Notes: a model not told the origin generated them from the sequence alone. DNA of 36,585 nt from Saprolegnia diclina VS20 (GCF_000281045.1 NW_008246082.1:323986-360570); one strand, 5' to 3'; positions 22,831-36,000 are shown, counted from the stretch's first letter. Numbers and translations: made by a program.

Positions 22831-25800
22831 ATGAGCCACTGGACGGCGATCAACCCCGTAGGCCAGAGCCCGTCGCCGGCGCCGATCAAGCGCGTCCGCG
22901 AGGCCGGCCGAGCGCCATCGACGCCTGATGGCGATGCATCTCCGCCACCATCGCCTCGGAAGAAGCGCAGCAAGCGAAGCCTCATGGAGACCGAGGAAGC
23001 GCTTGAGGCCCGCTTGACGGCCTCGTACGAGAAGACTTTGCAGTCGCATGCTACGCCCGCGGTACATCGACGCATGCGATTCTATGCGTCATCGCTCGAT
23101 GCTGGCGTAGGTGGCGACAAGCATGTACGTGGAGATCTTGCAGTTCATCGCCTCGCTCGACGACATGGGCGCGCTCTCGACGACGACCCGCAAGATCCAG
23201 TACCTCTGTCTTAAGAACCTCGCGCGTCTCGAAGTCAAGAGCGACCCGAACGCGACCGAGCGCGCGCTGCAGCACTACGCCGACGTACTTTCATCTCCCG
23301 AACCCATGAACTCTCGAGCTGGTCCATTAGGCCTTGGACTTGGACACGACGGATTGCATGGTGTGGTACGAAGCTGGCTGCGTCGCTTTCCAGCTGCAGC
23401 AGTACGCTCCTTCCATGATTCTTTAATTCCGCCCATCATGACCATGGTCTTAGGTTTGGCCTCGCGCGCGCGTACCTCGAGGAAGCATTTGCGCTCGACG
23501 CTTGCTTCTGGCCCATGGTCTACAAGCTTGTGCTCGTCCTGTACGTCTTGCAAGGTAGACGCATCCCGTGGGGATCCTTCATCATACAAAGTGCATGGCG
23601 TAGATGAAGCCGAGTGTTTGCGCTTGGTCAAACACGTGCTCGCCCACGACGCCAAGCACCCCGTGGCTACGTACCTCGAAGCCAAGCTCTCAGGCCAGAC
23701 CAGTACTACAATGCCATGTCCAGCAAGCGTCGTAGCTGCCGAGGCGCAGCGTGCTCATACCCACACGCAGCTCCCGGTTCCGCGCCATTCAAACGTCTTG
23801 GCGTACACGCTCCATGACAACTCGTGGGCATCGCTCGGCGCATTGCTCTTGGAGCTCTTTGACGAAGCACATGGGTCGATCGATGACGCGTCGCCCTCGA
23901 TGCAGCAACCGATTGTGATCTTGCCCGCTCCCGCCGCCGCCCCGGTGGTGGTTCCATCACCCGTTAAAGCCGAGGTGATTGCGAGTATTGTGATAACCGC
24001 GCCGTCGGTGCCGGAAGTCATCGACATTAGCGATGACGACGACGACGACGATGTGGTCATCGTCGAAGCCATTTCCGCGCCGGACGCGGGCGCGCCTGCT
24101 GCCAAGCCACTTTGCGCGGGCGTCGCGAGCCTGCGCAAGTCGAGTGACACGGACCCTGCGTCACCGGCGACGCAGAGCCGGCGGACGTCGCACCGAACGC
24201 AGAAGCGCATGCAGGACGAGATCGAAGCCGCGATCAAAGAAGCCAAAGAGAAGGACATTGCTTACCAACTCCTCGTATTAAATAGTGTACGGCCGCAGTT
24301 CTAACAAGTGTACCCTAGTCGTTTATTGACAAGGACACGGACGCGGCCGTGACGCACGATGCGTCGATATACGACACGTGTGTGCGCGCCGAGATGGCGC
24401 TGGATGGATCTGCGCTGCGCTTCTTCCGTGGGTCCCATGAAGAAGCGACGCTGGAGCTCGCACCGGCAGTGGCCAAAGTACGTTTCCGTTGAACAACCGA
24501 CCGAGTCTCACACGCTGTTAGGAGCTGCTTCCGTCGCCCCTGTCGTCGCCGCTGCCAGACGAGGACGCATTGGCAGTGCTGGCGCTGTCGGTCGAAGGCT
24601 TTCTTGGCAGTCTCTCGGGCACCAAAGGGTACGTGTCACGAGGAGAGGTCGTGCGATAGTATCAAGATTGTATCAACCTAGCCACTCACTCGAGGCGCTC
24701 ATGGTTGAGTTTCTGGACGCTGTCGCGCAGCACCCTAATGTCGCCTTGGGCAACGACCTCCTCCGCATCGTGCGCCTGATGGATTGTTGCCTCCGCGATG
24801 CGCCCGACACCCGGCCTGTCCTGTCATCCCGTACACTAAGTCATGTGTCGTTGCGTAGCTCATGTATACAATATGTAGCGGCCATACATCTCTCGCTCTC
24901 GTGTCAGCTCTTTCTTCTGGAGCTCCAAGTCGACGCGCTCATTGCCGGGTACGACCCGCTCACGCACAGTCGCGTCGAGTTTTTTGCGGCACTGCAACGC
25001 CAACAGCAGCATTTGCATCGCTGGAAGCTCGACTGTTGCGACACGGCAAGCGACGCCCTGGACACGACGCTGGACTTGCGCTTTCTTTGGCTGCAAATCC
25101 ACTTGGATGAGCACCTCGGACATGTCGACGCGGTGCTGGATGCGCTCGAGGCGCTGCTAACACTCCTCGGCTCGACGGTTCTAGCACTGGGGAATGTCGC
25201 AACGTTTCCGCGCCTCTCCCGGTCCGCTGTTGAGCGCAAGCTTCAGAAACAAGCGCTCACCGTTCTCGCCAAGCAAGTGTGCGACCGGTTCGCTGTCGTG
25301 GTAGTCTCGGATGCGCTGCCAAGAGGAGTCATGACGCGATGATCGACGTAGGACCCGTCGTCCACGACGGTCGAGACGGAGATTGTGGACTTGGTTTTGC
25401 CGCACTACGACCCGCGAGCTCGCAAGGGCAGTCGCGTCGAGGACCTCGTGCTGCAGTTTCGGCTCTACCTTGTACGTGTTTGCCTCTTGAACACGTATAT
25501 TCACCCGTGATTGTGTAGCTTCAGATGTACGACTTGAAAATGACCACGTCGCCGCTGGCCAAGCCGGCGCCGCCGCTTCTCACGATGCTCATCAAGTGTC
25601 TCGTGCGCCTCGAGCGCTATGAAGTGTGCTACGAACTGCTCTGTTTGAGCTGGTACTACATTCTCCAGCACCAAGTACACACATCTCCTCCAAGGACACG
25701 AGTTGCATGGGCGCTATGTTAGGCAACGACGACCGACAAGACGACGGTCCAGTGCCTCAAGTACGTCACGTCGCAGCTCCAGACAGTGTTTGCCAAGAAG

Positions 25801-28800
25801 CCGTACATGACGCCCGTGTATGTGCTGCTGCATCAAGTGTGCGCGTTTCAGTGCCGCGATTTCATGCTGCGCCACTTTCACTCGTCGAGTCTGCTGAGCA
25901 TCCTCGCGCAGACGCTGCCAAGCGCACATGTCCCGGCTCTTGTGGGCAAGATCCTGCACCAGCTCACGTCGATCGACCTCCGGAAGCGAGGCAACACGTC
26001 GCTTCTGGCACTCTCGCTGAGCGCGCTCCAGCTCTTGTACCAGCACCTCAAGGCTATGGACGCCAGTACCACGATCCCGCCCGCGCTGGCCAAAGCGCTG
26101 AGCAGCGCGATCGCCGTGTACCTCAAGACCCAGATTGAGGCCGGCAAGTTCCGCGCCCAGTCCCGGTACACAAATTCTTTGTGATAACGGAATTTCTCAT
26201 CAAAAGAGGGACGTAGGCAACTGCTCTACGCGTCGTGCACGTCATTTCTGCTGCTCTGGCAGTACTTGGACGACGGCAGTACGCTTCAAGATGGCATTCA
26301 GATGACCGAGCTTCTGCACGATCTTTTGACGAGTGGCGACGGGCTCGAAGACCACGGCATGTGTGGCCTCGACGGCGACCGGACGTTCCTTCTCACCACA
26401 CGGCAGATCTTGACGAAGATTCAGGAAAAGGCCGAGAAGTCGGACGAGGCGCTCATTGAGGACCTGGAGGAGGCGCTTGCGCAGTGCTACTGCTGCCTTT
26501 ACGGCTACGCGCTTTTGCCATCGTGCGTCGAGCACATACCCAAGGAAGGCAAGAAACCGACGCCCAAGTGCGCCGACGACATGCTGGCGCTGCTGTCGTT
26601 CGCACAGTCGCTCGACCCAAAGCACTGCACTCGAAAAGAGTGCTACGCGCTCTACAAGGACGTGCTGGCGCTGCCCGAGACGGCCGAGATGATGAAGACG
26701 AGCCCTTTTGGTACTTCATCCTCTTTCTTCTTGGTGAAATCACTCTTGATCTCGTAGATATCCACGCGATTGGTGGCTATGTCAACCCCGTCGCATCGGC
26801 TGACGTGCATGTCAAGCTGCCGCCGATCGCAGCCGCCATGAACGCACCGACACCGGACGCGACGCCGGTCAGCAATCTCTGGTTCCTCCTGGCGACGACG
26901 ATGCCTTTTCCGAAATGCAAGCGCCGCGGAAAGGACTACACCGTCCTCCTCGAGTACGAGCAGTACTGTCTCCAGTACATGCAGTACCTCCGGCGCGACG
27001 TCCGCGTGCACCCGCAGCGTGCCGAAGCCTACGAGCTCCTCGCCCAGAGCGCCAAGACGCTCCGTGCGCTCGTGGTCGACCATATGAACGTGGTCTGGTC
27101 CAACCACTTCGTGCTCCAGCCACTTCCTTTGCAGCGTACGATCCTGCTTGAGGCCGGTGTCCAGCCCACGTTTGATGAGATCTCGGGGACGCCGTACTTC
27201 CAGCACGTTTTGCAGTGGACCGACGCGGTCGATAAGACACTGCCCGACGACGTGGCCTCGCTCACGCCCAAGTCGCGCTTGTTTCTGCAACAGTACACGC
27301 AGTACACGGCTGTGCTGGCCGAGCTTGCGTTGCGCTCCATGGACATGGCAGCCGAGCTCGACCCGGCAGCGCATCGTATCGAGTGCAGCGAAGACAGTGG
27401 TTTTTTGCTGTATACGCGGCTGTCGGAGCACCAACTTGCCAACGCCGAAGCGGTTCGTGTCGCCGAGGCCGCCAGCCGGTACTTTAAGAGCGCTCTCGCC
27501 GATGCAGCGTGCTCGCCAGTGACGACGCTGCGTGTGTACTACATGCTCGGAAAGCTCGGAAAGAAGGTGTTGAAGCTGCACAATGAACGCCACCTTGCGT
27601 CGTCGTGGCGGTCAGTGCTCGAGTCATTTGCGACCGCAGACAAGGCGCGCGTCGATGACGACGCCGACGAGTACCTCGTCCACGCCTTTCACCAGCTCCA
27701 CGCGACACGCCTCAAGCTGCTGCTCGCACCGGTATCTTGTCTGTTGGAGCGATATATTGTCATTTGCGTTGCAGGTGTTGGAGCGATGTACGCCGGCGAC
27801 AGCACCCGAGCTTCGCCACGCGCCGCTGCCGCGCCTTGACGACGCCTTGCCGTCCGCCGAGATGCTGGCGGTGATCGAAGCGTTTGCGTATGAAAAGGAT
27901 GACGGGGCCCCGGTGGTTCTCGAGACGGACCCGCGCAAGCGCTTCCAAGCTGCGCTGGAGAACTGCGTCTTGGCCCTCGAGGTCGCGCCGCAAGAAGACA
28001 AGTACTTTCACCCGGCGTACTTTAGCCTTGCCCGGGGAGTCTTTTTTGCTGGTGCGATCGTTGAGGACGAGACCAAGTACGGGGCCGCCGCCGCGCTCAA
28101 GGCGATGAAGCCTCTCTTTGACAAGAAGCGGTCGCAGATCGTCTCGGTGTGGCTCTCCGAGTCGGACACGCACAAGCTCGACGAGCTGCACCAGACGCAA
28201 GCTGCGTACGACAAGCTCCGGCTCAAGTACCACCAGTTTTACATGCACTTGCTCACGGCCGGCGGCGATTATGCGGTATGTTGATTGATGCCAAGGACAT
28301 TGATTGACCATATGTGTAGCGCATCTGTGAGATTACCAACTGGATCACGAGCAGCAAGGAAGAACATTGGGTGCTCGATGCAATGTTGGCGCAGGCACTC
28401 GTCGCCCGGAGCTACCTCGCGCGCGGTCGCGTGCTCGACATGTACATGAAGTGCCTCTTTCCGCAAAGCGACGATGAACCCGCGTCTGCCAAGGCCGTCG
28501 CGCACCTGCACCGCATGTACGGCGTCTATATGGAGTCGCAAGACGCGTGGCAACGCGCACGTCCGTACAACTTCGGGTACGATCGAGCTCCAGGGTGTTG
28601 GCGTTCTGATCAAATCTAGGTCGAGCATGGGCAGCTGGCTCTGGGAGGTGACCATGGCGTACGCATTGGCCCAAGCATCATTGATCGAGTCAGGCGCGGA
28701 CCTGCTCGGCGTCGTGGCCGTTGCGCATGTCAAGACGCACCTCGACACGCGGGACCCGTTGATGACGAACGAAACGAGCCTCCTGAGACTCCATCTCGAG

Positions 28801-28944
28801 CTCAAGATGGAAGACCGGCGCGACTGGGCCGACTTGGTGGACAATGCGCTCACGTACTGCGCGACGACGTGGCCCGAGAAGTCGAAGAGCAGCAAGTCCA
28901 AGCTGGCGACCCCCAAGACCAAGCTACACCTGGCGCTGGGGTAG
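22831..28944 (+). CDS. CABIN1: Calcineurin-binding protein 1 / Hir3 homologue (TPR subunit of the HIRA histone chaperone complex), multi-exon
   Basis: The spliced N-terminus MSHWTAIN...TEEALEARLTASYEKTL...QYLCLKNLARL...ALQHYAD|ALDLDTTDCMVWYEAGCVA...LARAYLEEAFALDACFWPMVYKLVLVLYVL follows the recalled CABIN1 pattern (T.EA.EA...Y.KAL...Y...KNLA.L...LD.TD...WY..G..A...LAR...EE......WP...L..VLY.L). Also QCYCCLYGY, YYMLGKLGKK and FHQLHATRLKLL. First intron 23062-23110; stop at 28942-28944. Confidence 0.85.
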
Positions 28945-29221
28945 TTGCTCTCTTTATTGCATCCGAGAAATGCATTGAACGCTGGTGCATTGAGCTTCGT
29001 CGACAAACGCTTGTGGGTCTCAGTATATTGCTGCTGCGGCAAGCGTCCTTGTAGCGTACTCGATGGATAGCTCTTAAGACGAAGATGCCAGCAGCACTGC
29101 CAACCAGGCTGATTCCGCTGGGCACGAGATGGTGCGGGATTCCTGGGACAGGGATTTCAAATTTGGCTCTGGCGGCAATCACACTTCACCTTTTCCTTTC
29201 TCCGTGAAGCTGCTTGCAGTC

Positions 29222-29900
29222 ATGAGCTTGGCGACAGCAGAGAGCTTAAAAGACAGTTGCACTGTGCTCAGTGATCCAGCGCACCGCGACGAGCAGAGTG
29301 CGCAGTCGCATCCGACCGTGAGCTCGACCGACGACGCAGCAAGTGAACCTCCAGCTCTGCTGCCGAACCGAGACGGCAACTCGGACGGAGCTCTGTCGAG
29401 TGATGCACTGCGCTTGGCCAAGAAGAAAGCCAAGCAGGCCAAGAAGGCCAAGAAGAGCGTCATCTCGTGACGGACGAGCTGCGTCAAGTGGCGTTGCTCA
29501 AGGCCACCATGCCCACGCTCAACGTGCGCCACGAGCTACAGCGCTGGAACGACAAGGACATTACGATGCACGCCATCTGCCATGCGCATCAAGTACGAGG
29601 CCATGAAGCGCATGCCAGAAAATGCGCGTTGGAAGAGTGCGGACGGCAGCTACCCCGAGGCGCGAGCCAGTGGTCACGAGAAGGGCAAGGCGCCATTGTG
29701 CGACTGTTGCGGCAAGCGAGGTCGCACGTCCAACGATTGCTGGTTTCACAGAGCTGACAGCACCAACAAGGACACCAAGCGAGATCGTTCGGACGGCGAG
29801 GGGGATGATCTACGGTCCCTCAAGCGCACGAGTCAGTTCTTTGCAAAGTTGTAGCGCGATGGACGTGGTAATAATGGGCGAGGTCGCGGCGGCGGTCGAG
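29222..29900 (+). mobile_element. Degenerate gag-like relic of an LTR retroelement (frameshifted, damaged zinc knuckle)
   Basis: Successive frames read ...AKKKAKQAKKAKK / VTDELRQVALLKATMPTLNVRHELQRWNDKDITM / MRIKYEAMK...CDCCGKRGRTSNDCW (CX2CX4[H>R]X4C), followed by an RGG-rich GRGNNGRGRGGGRGRGRR. No pol or LTR seen. Confidence 0.6.
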
Positions 29901-30042
29901 GTCGAGGACGCCGCTAGGCACACGATCTGGTGGTCTTGAGACGAGGGAGTGCATTTTGCTTGCACTGTCTGGCGCCACCGAGTCGTCATTCATGGCTGAA
30001 GCGTCATGTCCTAAGAAAAGACAAAGATACGTATTTGACGGA

Positions 30043-33000
30043 TTAACGCAGCAGACGCTCGAGCTGCTTTTCAAGGTCGCCAAGGGCATTGGCGTACGAG
30101 GCTGGGATGTTCGCGCACTTGAGTTTGGTGTACTTTCGGGCGAGCTTGAACTGACACTGTGCAAAAATGTACTCGCGCAGCGGAAGAAACTTGGTCACGC
30201 GAGGCAAGGCCCAGCCAGGAAAGATCGTCTCAAACTCTGTGTACGGTCGACTGCCGGTTGGAAGCTCAATGTAATCGTTCTCGACCACGCTCGTCGCACA
30301 GCTCGACTCAACCAGCTCTCTCGTTTTCACCCAAGAAACTCCGACGAGGCCTCCCGGCTGGTGGTACGTGTCATGGAGCGCATCGTCCTTCGTATAGACA
30401 TGGCCCAACGCCTTGATGCACGGGCACTTGCAGCGCGGACATGGCTTGCCGCAGCGCGGCATGATGCCGTCGACCGCACCGTACGCTTCCGTCTGAATGA
30501 CTTTGACAACTTCCCAGGCCATGGTCGAGCTCAAGCCCGCTGATGGTGTGAGACGAGCGTCCAAAGCGGTCAGACGCGCCTGAAGGCTCTGCGGGACGCT
30601 GAGACCATCGCGGCTGGCCGTGAGAGCAAACACAGACGGCCCTTGGTCGTCGCAGTTCATAACGTCCCCCGCGGCCGACGGAAGGCTCTCGATGAGCGCG
30701 CTCGTACCGCTGCACTTGAGCCGACTCTGGAGCGTGAGGCGAAGTGCGTGGACAAAGACTTCGCTGCGCTTGCTCACGGCGTCACGCGCGGCGGCACTCG
30801 CACTCACAATGCTCTCTTCGACGTCCTGTGCGAGCTTGTTGGCGACGCCGAGGTAGCACTCTTGGACCTTGGCCAATACGAGGCGGCGCGTGACGGCCGC
30901 GGCATGTTCGACCGGGTCGTCGATGCGATTGAGCACTATGTCGATCTCCCGCTTCCGCATGAGCTGCAAGAGGTCCATGTCCAAGGCGGCCTGCATCGCG
31001 TCAGCAACGCGCACCCAACGCGCGTCCTTGAGTGCCGACGCAACGATACTCACAACTTCTTCTTCAAACGCTTCCAGCAAGTGGAGATCGAGCCACTCGT
31101 TCAGCGTCGTCGAGAGCAGCTGCGCAGCTTCTTGACCCTCGCACACGCTCTGCGCAAAGCGATGCATGCTCGGCCGATACGCTTCAAACTTGGCAACGAC
31201 GCTGTTGATTGTGTCCCAGCGCTCTTGCCGCTGCTGAAGCTCGGTCTTGAGCGTCATGTAAAGCGTGCGGAGGCCGACCCTGAGCTCGGACTGCTTCAGC
31301 TGCATCGAGTTGAAAAGACGCTTGACACTCATCACGCAGGAGAGCGCGACATCGTCAGAGTAGCGGTCGACCTCGGCGAGGCTGCTGCACACGCGTTCGC
31401 GCACGGCGTCGACGATGTCTTCCTCGCGCGATGCCTTGGCACCCTGCAGCATTTTGCTTGTAAATCGCACGACACCTTGGAGCCAGGATCCATAGTCGTC
31501 GTCGCCGGTCAAGAGTCGAAGCTCATCGGGGGTGAAGATATGGTTGCTGTGAATGACGGCACGCACGAGCGTCGGCACTTGTGTGGCGAGCGGCGGCTTG
31601 GCTTTGCGCGCCTTGTCCAAAATATCGTCAAAGATGCTGTCAAAAGCCGCCATTGTCTTCTTGGGACCGCACTTGGAGTTGTAGTCGACAATGGCCGTTT
31701 GGATTTCCTCCTTGTAGACCTTGGTGATCGCGTCAAACTCAAAGAGGTGCTGGACTTTCGACTGGACGAGGCGCACCAAGTGCGACGCTTGCCGCTGCTT
31801 CTTGTCCGTCCACGTATCCTGCGTCGTGGTGGCTCATTTGGCAAACTCGTTTTGGTCCAGCGTCGTGGCCACGACAGCGTCCAGCGTGGCGACCGCGTTC
31901 TCTACGTGATGCTCGAGAAGGATCTCGTATTTGCGGCTGCGGCTGGCGTCCGGCGCCTGGTCAGCTGCGCTGTCGGCACTTATCGTTTGCAGCACCGCGT
32001 CAAACGTGTCACTGTAGATCTTGGCGAGCTCTTGCGTGTGCCCTGCCATGGCCTGCACGAGCTGGTCGTACACGATACGTTCATGCGCCGACGCAAAGTC
32101 CAGCTCAAAGTTGGCGCTCTGAAGATACATCCAGACCAAGTCCAAGCTCTCGCCGAGCTCGCCGAGGGTCCGCGCTTGCCACGCAACATCGTTCGTGGCT
32201 CGTGTGTGCATGTGATCACGGAAGCGGACGAGACGGTCGCCAAAGTCGGGCAGCGGCACGTCGTTGGGCGGTGTCGTCTGGCCTTGCGTCAGACCCAGAA
32301 ACCGAACGTCGCAGCGCGCTTCGTTCGTGATGTCGGTGTGAAAGTCACGAAGGAACATTGTCGTAGTCGACAACTGCGACTGCCGCACGGCAGCGATCTG
32401 CTTGGCGCTGCTGCGAAGACTGTCGAGGAGCGCTCGGAGACTCGTGGCCATGCTGCTCGTTTGCGTCACGTCAATCTGGTTGAACGCAAAGTAGAGCTTG
32501 GACATAAGATGACCGCCCGAAGCCGCCGCCAGCTCCGAGTTGGCAAAGGCCGAGAGCACGATCGGCAGCACGTCGTTGATCGTGTTGGTCGCTTCGCCCT
32601 TGGTCAAGATGATGGTCGCGTCCGCCGGCAAGATGGCCACGGACGCCATGCGGTTGTCGCGCCACACCGTGCCTTCCATACCAACGTACTCGGGCGACTG
32701 GGTGCCTTCCGTGTCCAGTAGCAAGATGTAGTCGTACACGGCACCGTTGTCGCAAGCAATAAGCTGGAGGTTGAACCCGCACGTGCACCGAGACACTCTC
32801 GTTCGGAGGCGGACGCCAAACATGCAGTTGAGCAGCGTCGACTTGCCCGACGACTGGACGCCCATGACCGAGAGCACAAACACACGGGTGCCTTCGGGAA
32901 GCGTCTCGTCCAGGCAGTGCAGCACGGCGCGGATCCACTTGTCATTGAGCATGCCGGCATCGCCATCCATGAGCTCCAGCGGGAAGCCATCAAGTAAGTG

Positions 33001-36000
33001 CTTGACCGCAAGATGCGGAAGGTTTGCATACGCGTCTGGGTTGGCCGTAAAAATGTGCGAGAGCTCGCGCCAGAGATGCTCGAGGCCGGTGACCATGTTG
33101 CTCCACGTCTCGAGGGCCGACGCATACGCTGAGCGCGTGTCCTCGTTGTCGTTGTCGCTGCGAGCTGCAAACGCCCGACTGCACTCGTCGCGCGCAACGG
33201 CCGTGATTGCTTCGCAGCTCTCGGCAAGGCGACGTTCAAGGTCGATGATGCGCATCTCGCGGTCTTCAACTGCGGGTAGCCGGAGAACGTGCAAAAAATA
33301 CTCGAGCAGGGGTGTTCGAGACACGAAGCGAAAGACCTTCTTGTGGTCGGCTGCACTCAAGGCGATCTGCCGGCGAAGCATCTCTTGGTTCGGTACGCTC
33401 GTCTCACGCTGCAACGCAATGCGCAGCGCCGACTCGTGTGCAAAACGCCGCTGGAGCACCAAGGTCTCCGTGCGAAGCGTCGTAAAATCAGTGTCGGCCA
33501 AGAGGCTTGCCACTCGCGCTCGCAGCAACGGATCGCGCTTGACGAGGCTTGGCAGCGGCAGCTGGTCGACCGGCAGCTTGGGCGCGTCGCTGGGCTCATC
33601 CAAAATATACTCGGAAATGCGCTCGCAAGACGACGACATGGGACACGCCAGCGCGACCGACACCATGTGCGTCTTGTCGTCGAGGTACGTATCGTCTTCA
33701 TCTTCGTCCGAGAGGCGCCAATGGAGCACGGTGCCCCGGGGCAGCGTCATGCGCACGGGCTTGGACACCGTGTCGATGAGCAAGACGTCTGTAAACTGCG
33801 TAATGAACGGCGCCAAGGGCATGTAGTCGCCAATGATGTGGAGCACCATGACGGTTGTAAACTCCGTGTTCTCTTGAACAAAACCCCAGCCGAGCTCGGC
33901 CACCACCGGGAGGTCCGTGACGTTGTTGCCGTGCGTGCGGTCGAGGCAATGCACCGAGTCGACGTGGAAGACGTTCTTGATCCAGTCCTTTGTCACGCTG
34001 CTTTTCGTGGGTCGCTCCGAGATGACGGCAACACGCTTGACCGAGGTGTCGCGCATGAGCGAGGCTTTTCCTTGCACGATACGCGTCTCGACGAGGCTCA
34101 GCGCACGTGCTTCGGTTCGAAGTCCATCTTCTGTCGACGGCACGAGGAAGGGCACGAGGCAGCGGCGGTCGAGAAGAAGTCGGTACACCTCGGCACGGGC
34201 CGTCGGCGTCAGCGAGGCCACAAGACTCAAGAGCGCATCAAACACCACGGGACTTCGAGGCGATTCATCCCGCGCCCGCCGATCGACGCGCTTGCGTTTG
34301 ATCCCCGACGTCGTGTTGTAGAGCTCCTTGACCAAGCTCAGACGGTGCTTGATCGTGTATCAAATGAGCCGGGGGAGGTCCGTCGTCTTGTCTGGATTGG
34401 CAACGACCGTCAAGAGATGGCTCATGGGCTGCTGAACCTCGATCGTGCTCGACATCGGCTCGTCGGCCTCGGGTACAAACTCACGCGTCACAATGCTGGC
34501 CTCGTCGTCCGAGCTGTCGGCCATCGCAGAGCCGTTGAGCGTCAACATCACCTCGTCGGCCATCGCCAGCACATGCTCTGCGCTAAGACTGGTCTCGACG
34601 CCATCCTCGCTGCAGCCAAACTTCTGCGCAATGCTCCAGAGTTCGTGGTGGCCCGGCGCGGGAGGAAAGTGGTGTCTCGCGATCAATTCGGCGACGCGGC
34701 TCGTCAGCTGCGCGCCGTCCGGCATAGCTGCCTCGAAAAAAGCTCCGTGCACGAGCTTGAGAGCGATCGGGACGTCCCGGGCGTCGAGCTGCGGCACGCT
34801 CCACTCGTAAAGAGGCACGAGAAGCTTGTTGACAACCTTCTTGAGCTCGGCCAGCTGCCCGGCACGCTTGAGCGCCTCGTCGACCGTCGCGTCCAGGTTG
34901 ATACCTGCTTCGGCCAGCACGGTTCCGAGGACGTGCGCGTAGATCGCACCAAGCTCGAGCATCGCCATCATATCGTTGGCCGCCACGAGTCGGCGCAAGG
35001 CCGTGTGCAGACGCGGATCTTGCATGCAGTCGACAAGAAACGTCCGTTCAAACTGGGTATCGAAGCGGAGCGCGAGCAAGATGGCGTCGACCAGCGCTTT
35101 GCTATCGATGTTGCCGGTGGTCGCCGCGTTGAGCTGTTTGGCGATTATCTGGGCTGCCTTCTTCGCGCTCTTGGCACTTGTGCGCTTGGAGTTGGTGCCA
35201 AAGGTGGAATCGTGTAGCCATGCCTCGGTATATACAGCGTGCACTGCCGCCTCGACGTCCGGTGTCATCTCAGATTCCTCGACAAGATCCAACCACGCAT
35301 CGCACACGAGGGTCGCCGCGCGGTCGCAACCAGCGGCCGCAAGAAGGTCCCAGACGCGGACGCGCGTTGTCGGGTAGTCAATGACGTGCCATGTCGCCCG
35401 GTCGAGGGCGAGTCGCTGCTTGAAGATCGCAACGCTCATCGCGTCCGGCCCCGTGCACTCGATCTGCGTCGTAATGTTGCACGGTGTTCGCAGCTCGTCC
35501 TCCAGAGTGCTCTCGCACGCGTCGACGCGGCTCTGGTCCGGAAAACTGCTGTAGTTGATCGAAAGGTCGTCCGGTGCCTGGCCGGCTGGACACTTAGCCT
35601 TGAGCTGTGCAGTCATCACGTCCACGTCGGTCGAGATGTGGACCGTCTTCCAGAAGATACCGCCGACGTGGAAGATACCGCTGCGCACGTGCGAGCCATA
35701 GTCGAGAAGGAAGTCCTTGGCTGTCGCCTCGTCCGTTATGCTTGCGGCCTCGGCCATCGCCGACTCGGTGAGCGGCGCCAACATCGCGGCCAACTCGAAC
35801 GATTTCAAGGGAGCGCGAGCATAGGTCATGTGCGCGACGGCCGATCCGCGCCGAGGCAGATAGCAGGCGTCAGTAGGTGTCTCTGCGCAACCGTTCGCTT
35901 GGACCGTGGCCCCAAAGTCCTTGGCCTCCCCGGCGCTGGCAAACCAGACTTCGATCGTGCCCGTGCTGATCGTGGGTGCTTCGAGCTCGCACTCGGCCGG

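Noticed and set aside
31834..34362. Alternative genetic code (UGA=Trp) or selenocysteine as the cause of the internal TGAs
   Set aside because: Neighbouring genes end in TGA (e.g. 721-719, 13019-13017) and this gene uses TGG for its other Trp residues. The contexts are not redox Cys motifs and no SECIS was recognised.
30643..35217. Long plus-strand ORFs (692, 359 and 642 aa) antisense to the GVIN gene
   Set aside because: Shadow ORFs expected from GC3-rich codon usage on the opposite strand; no recognisable motifs.
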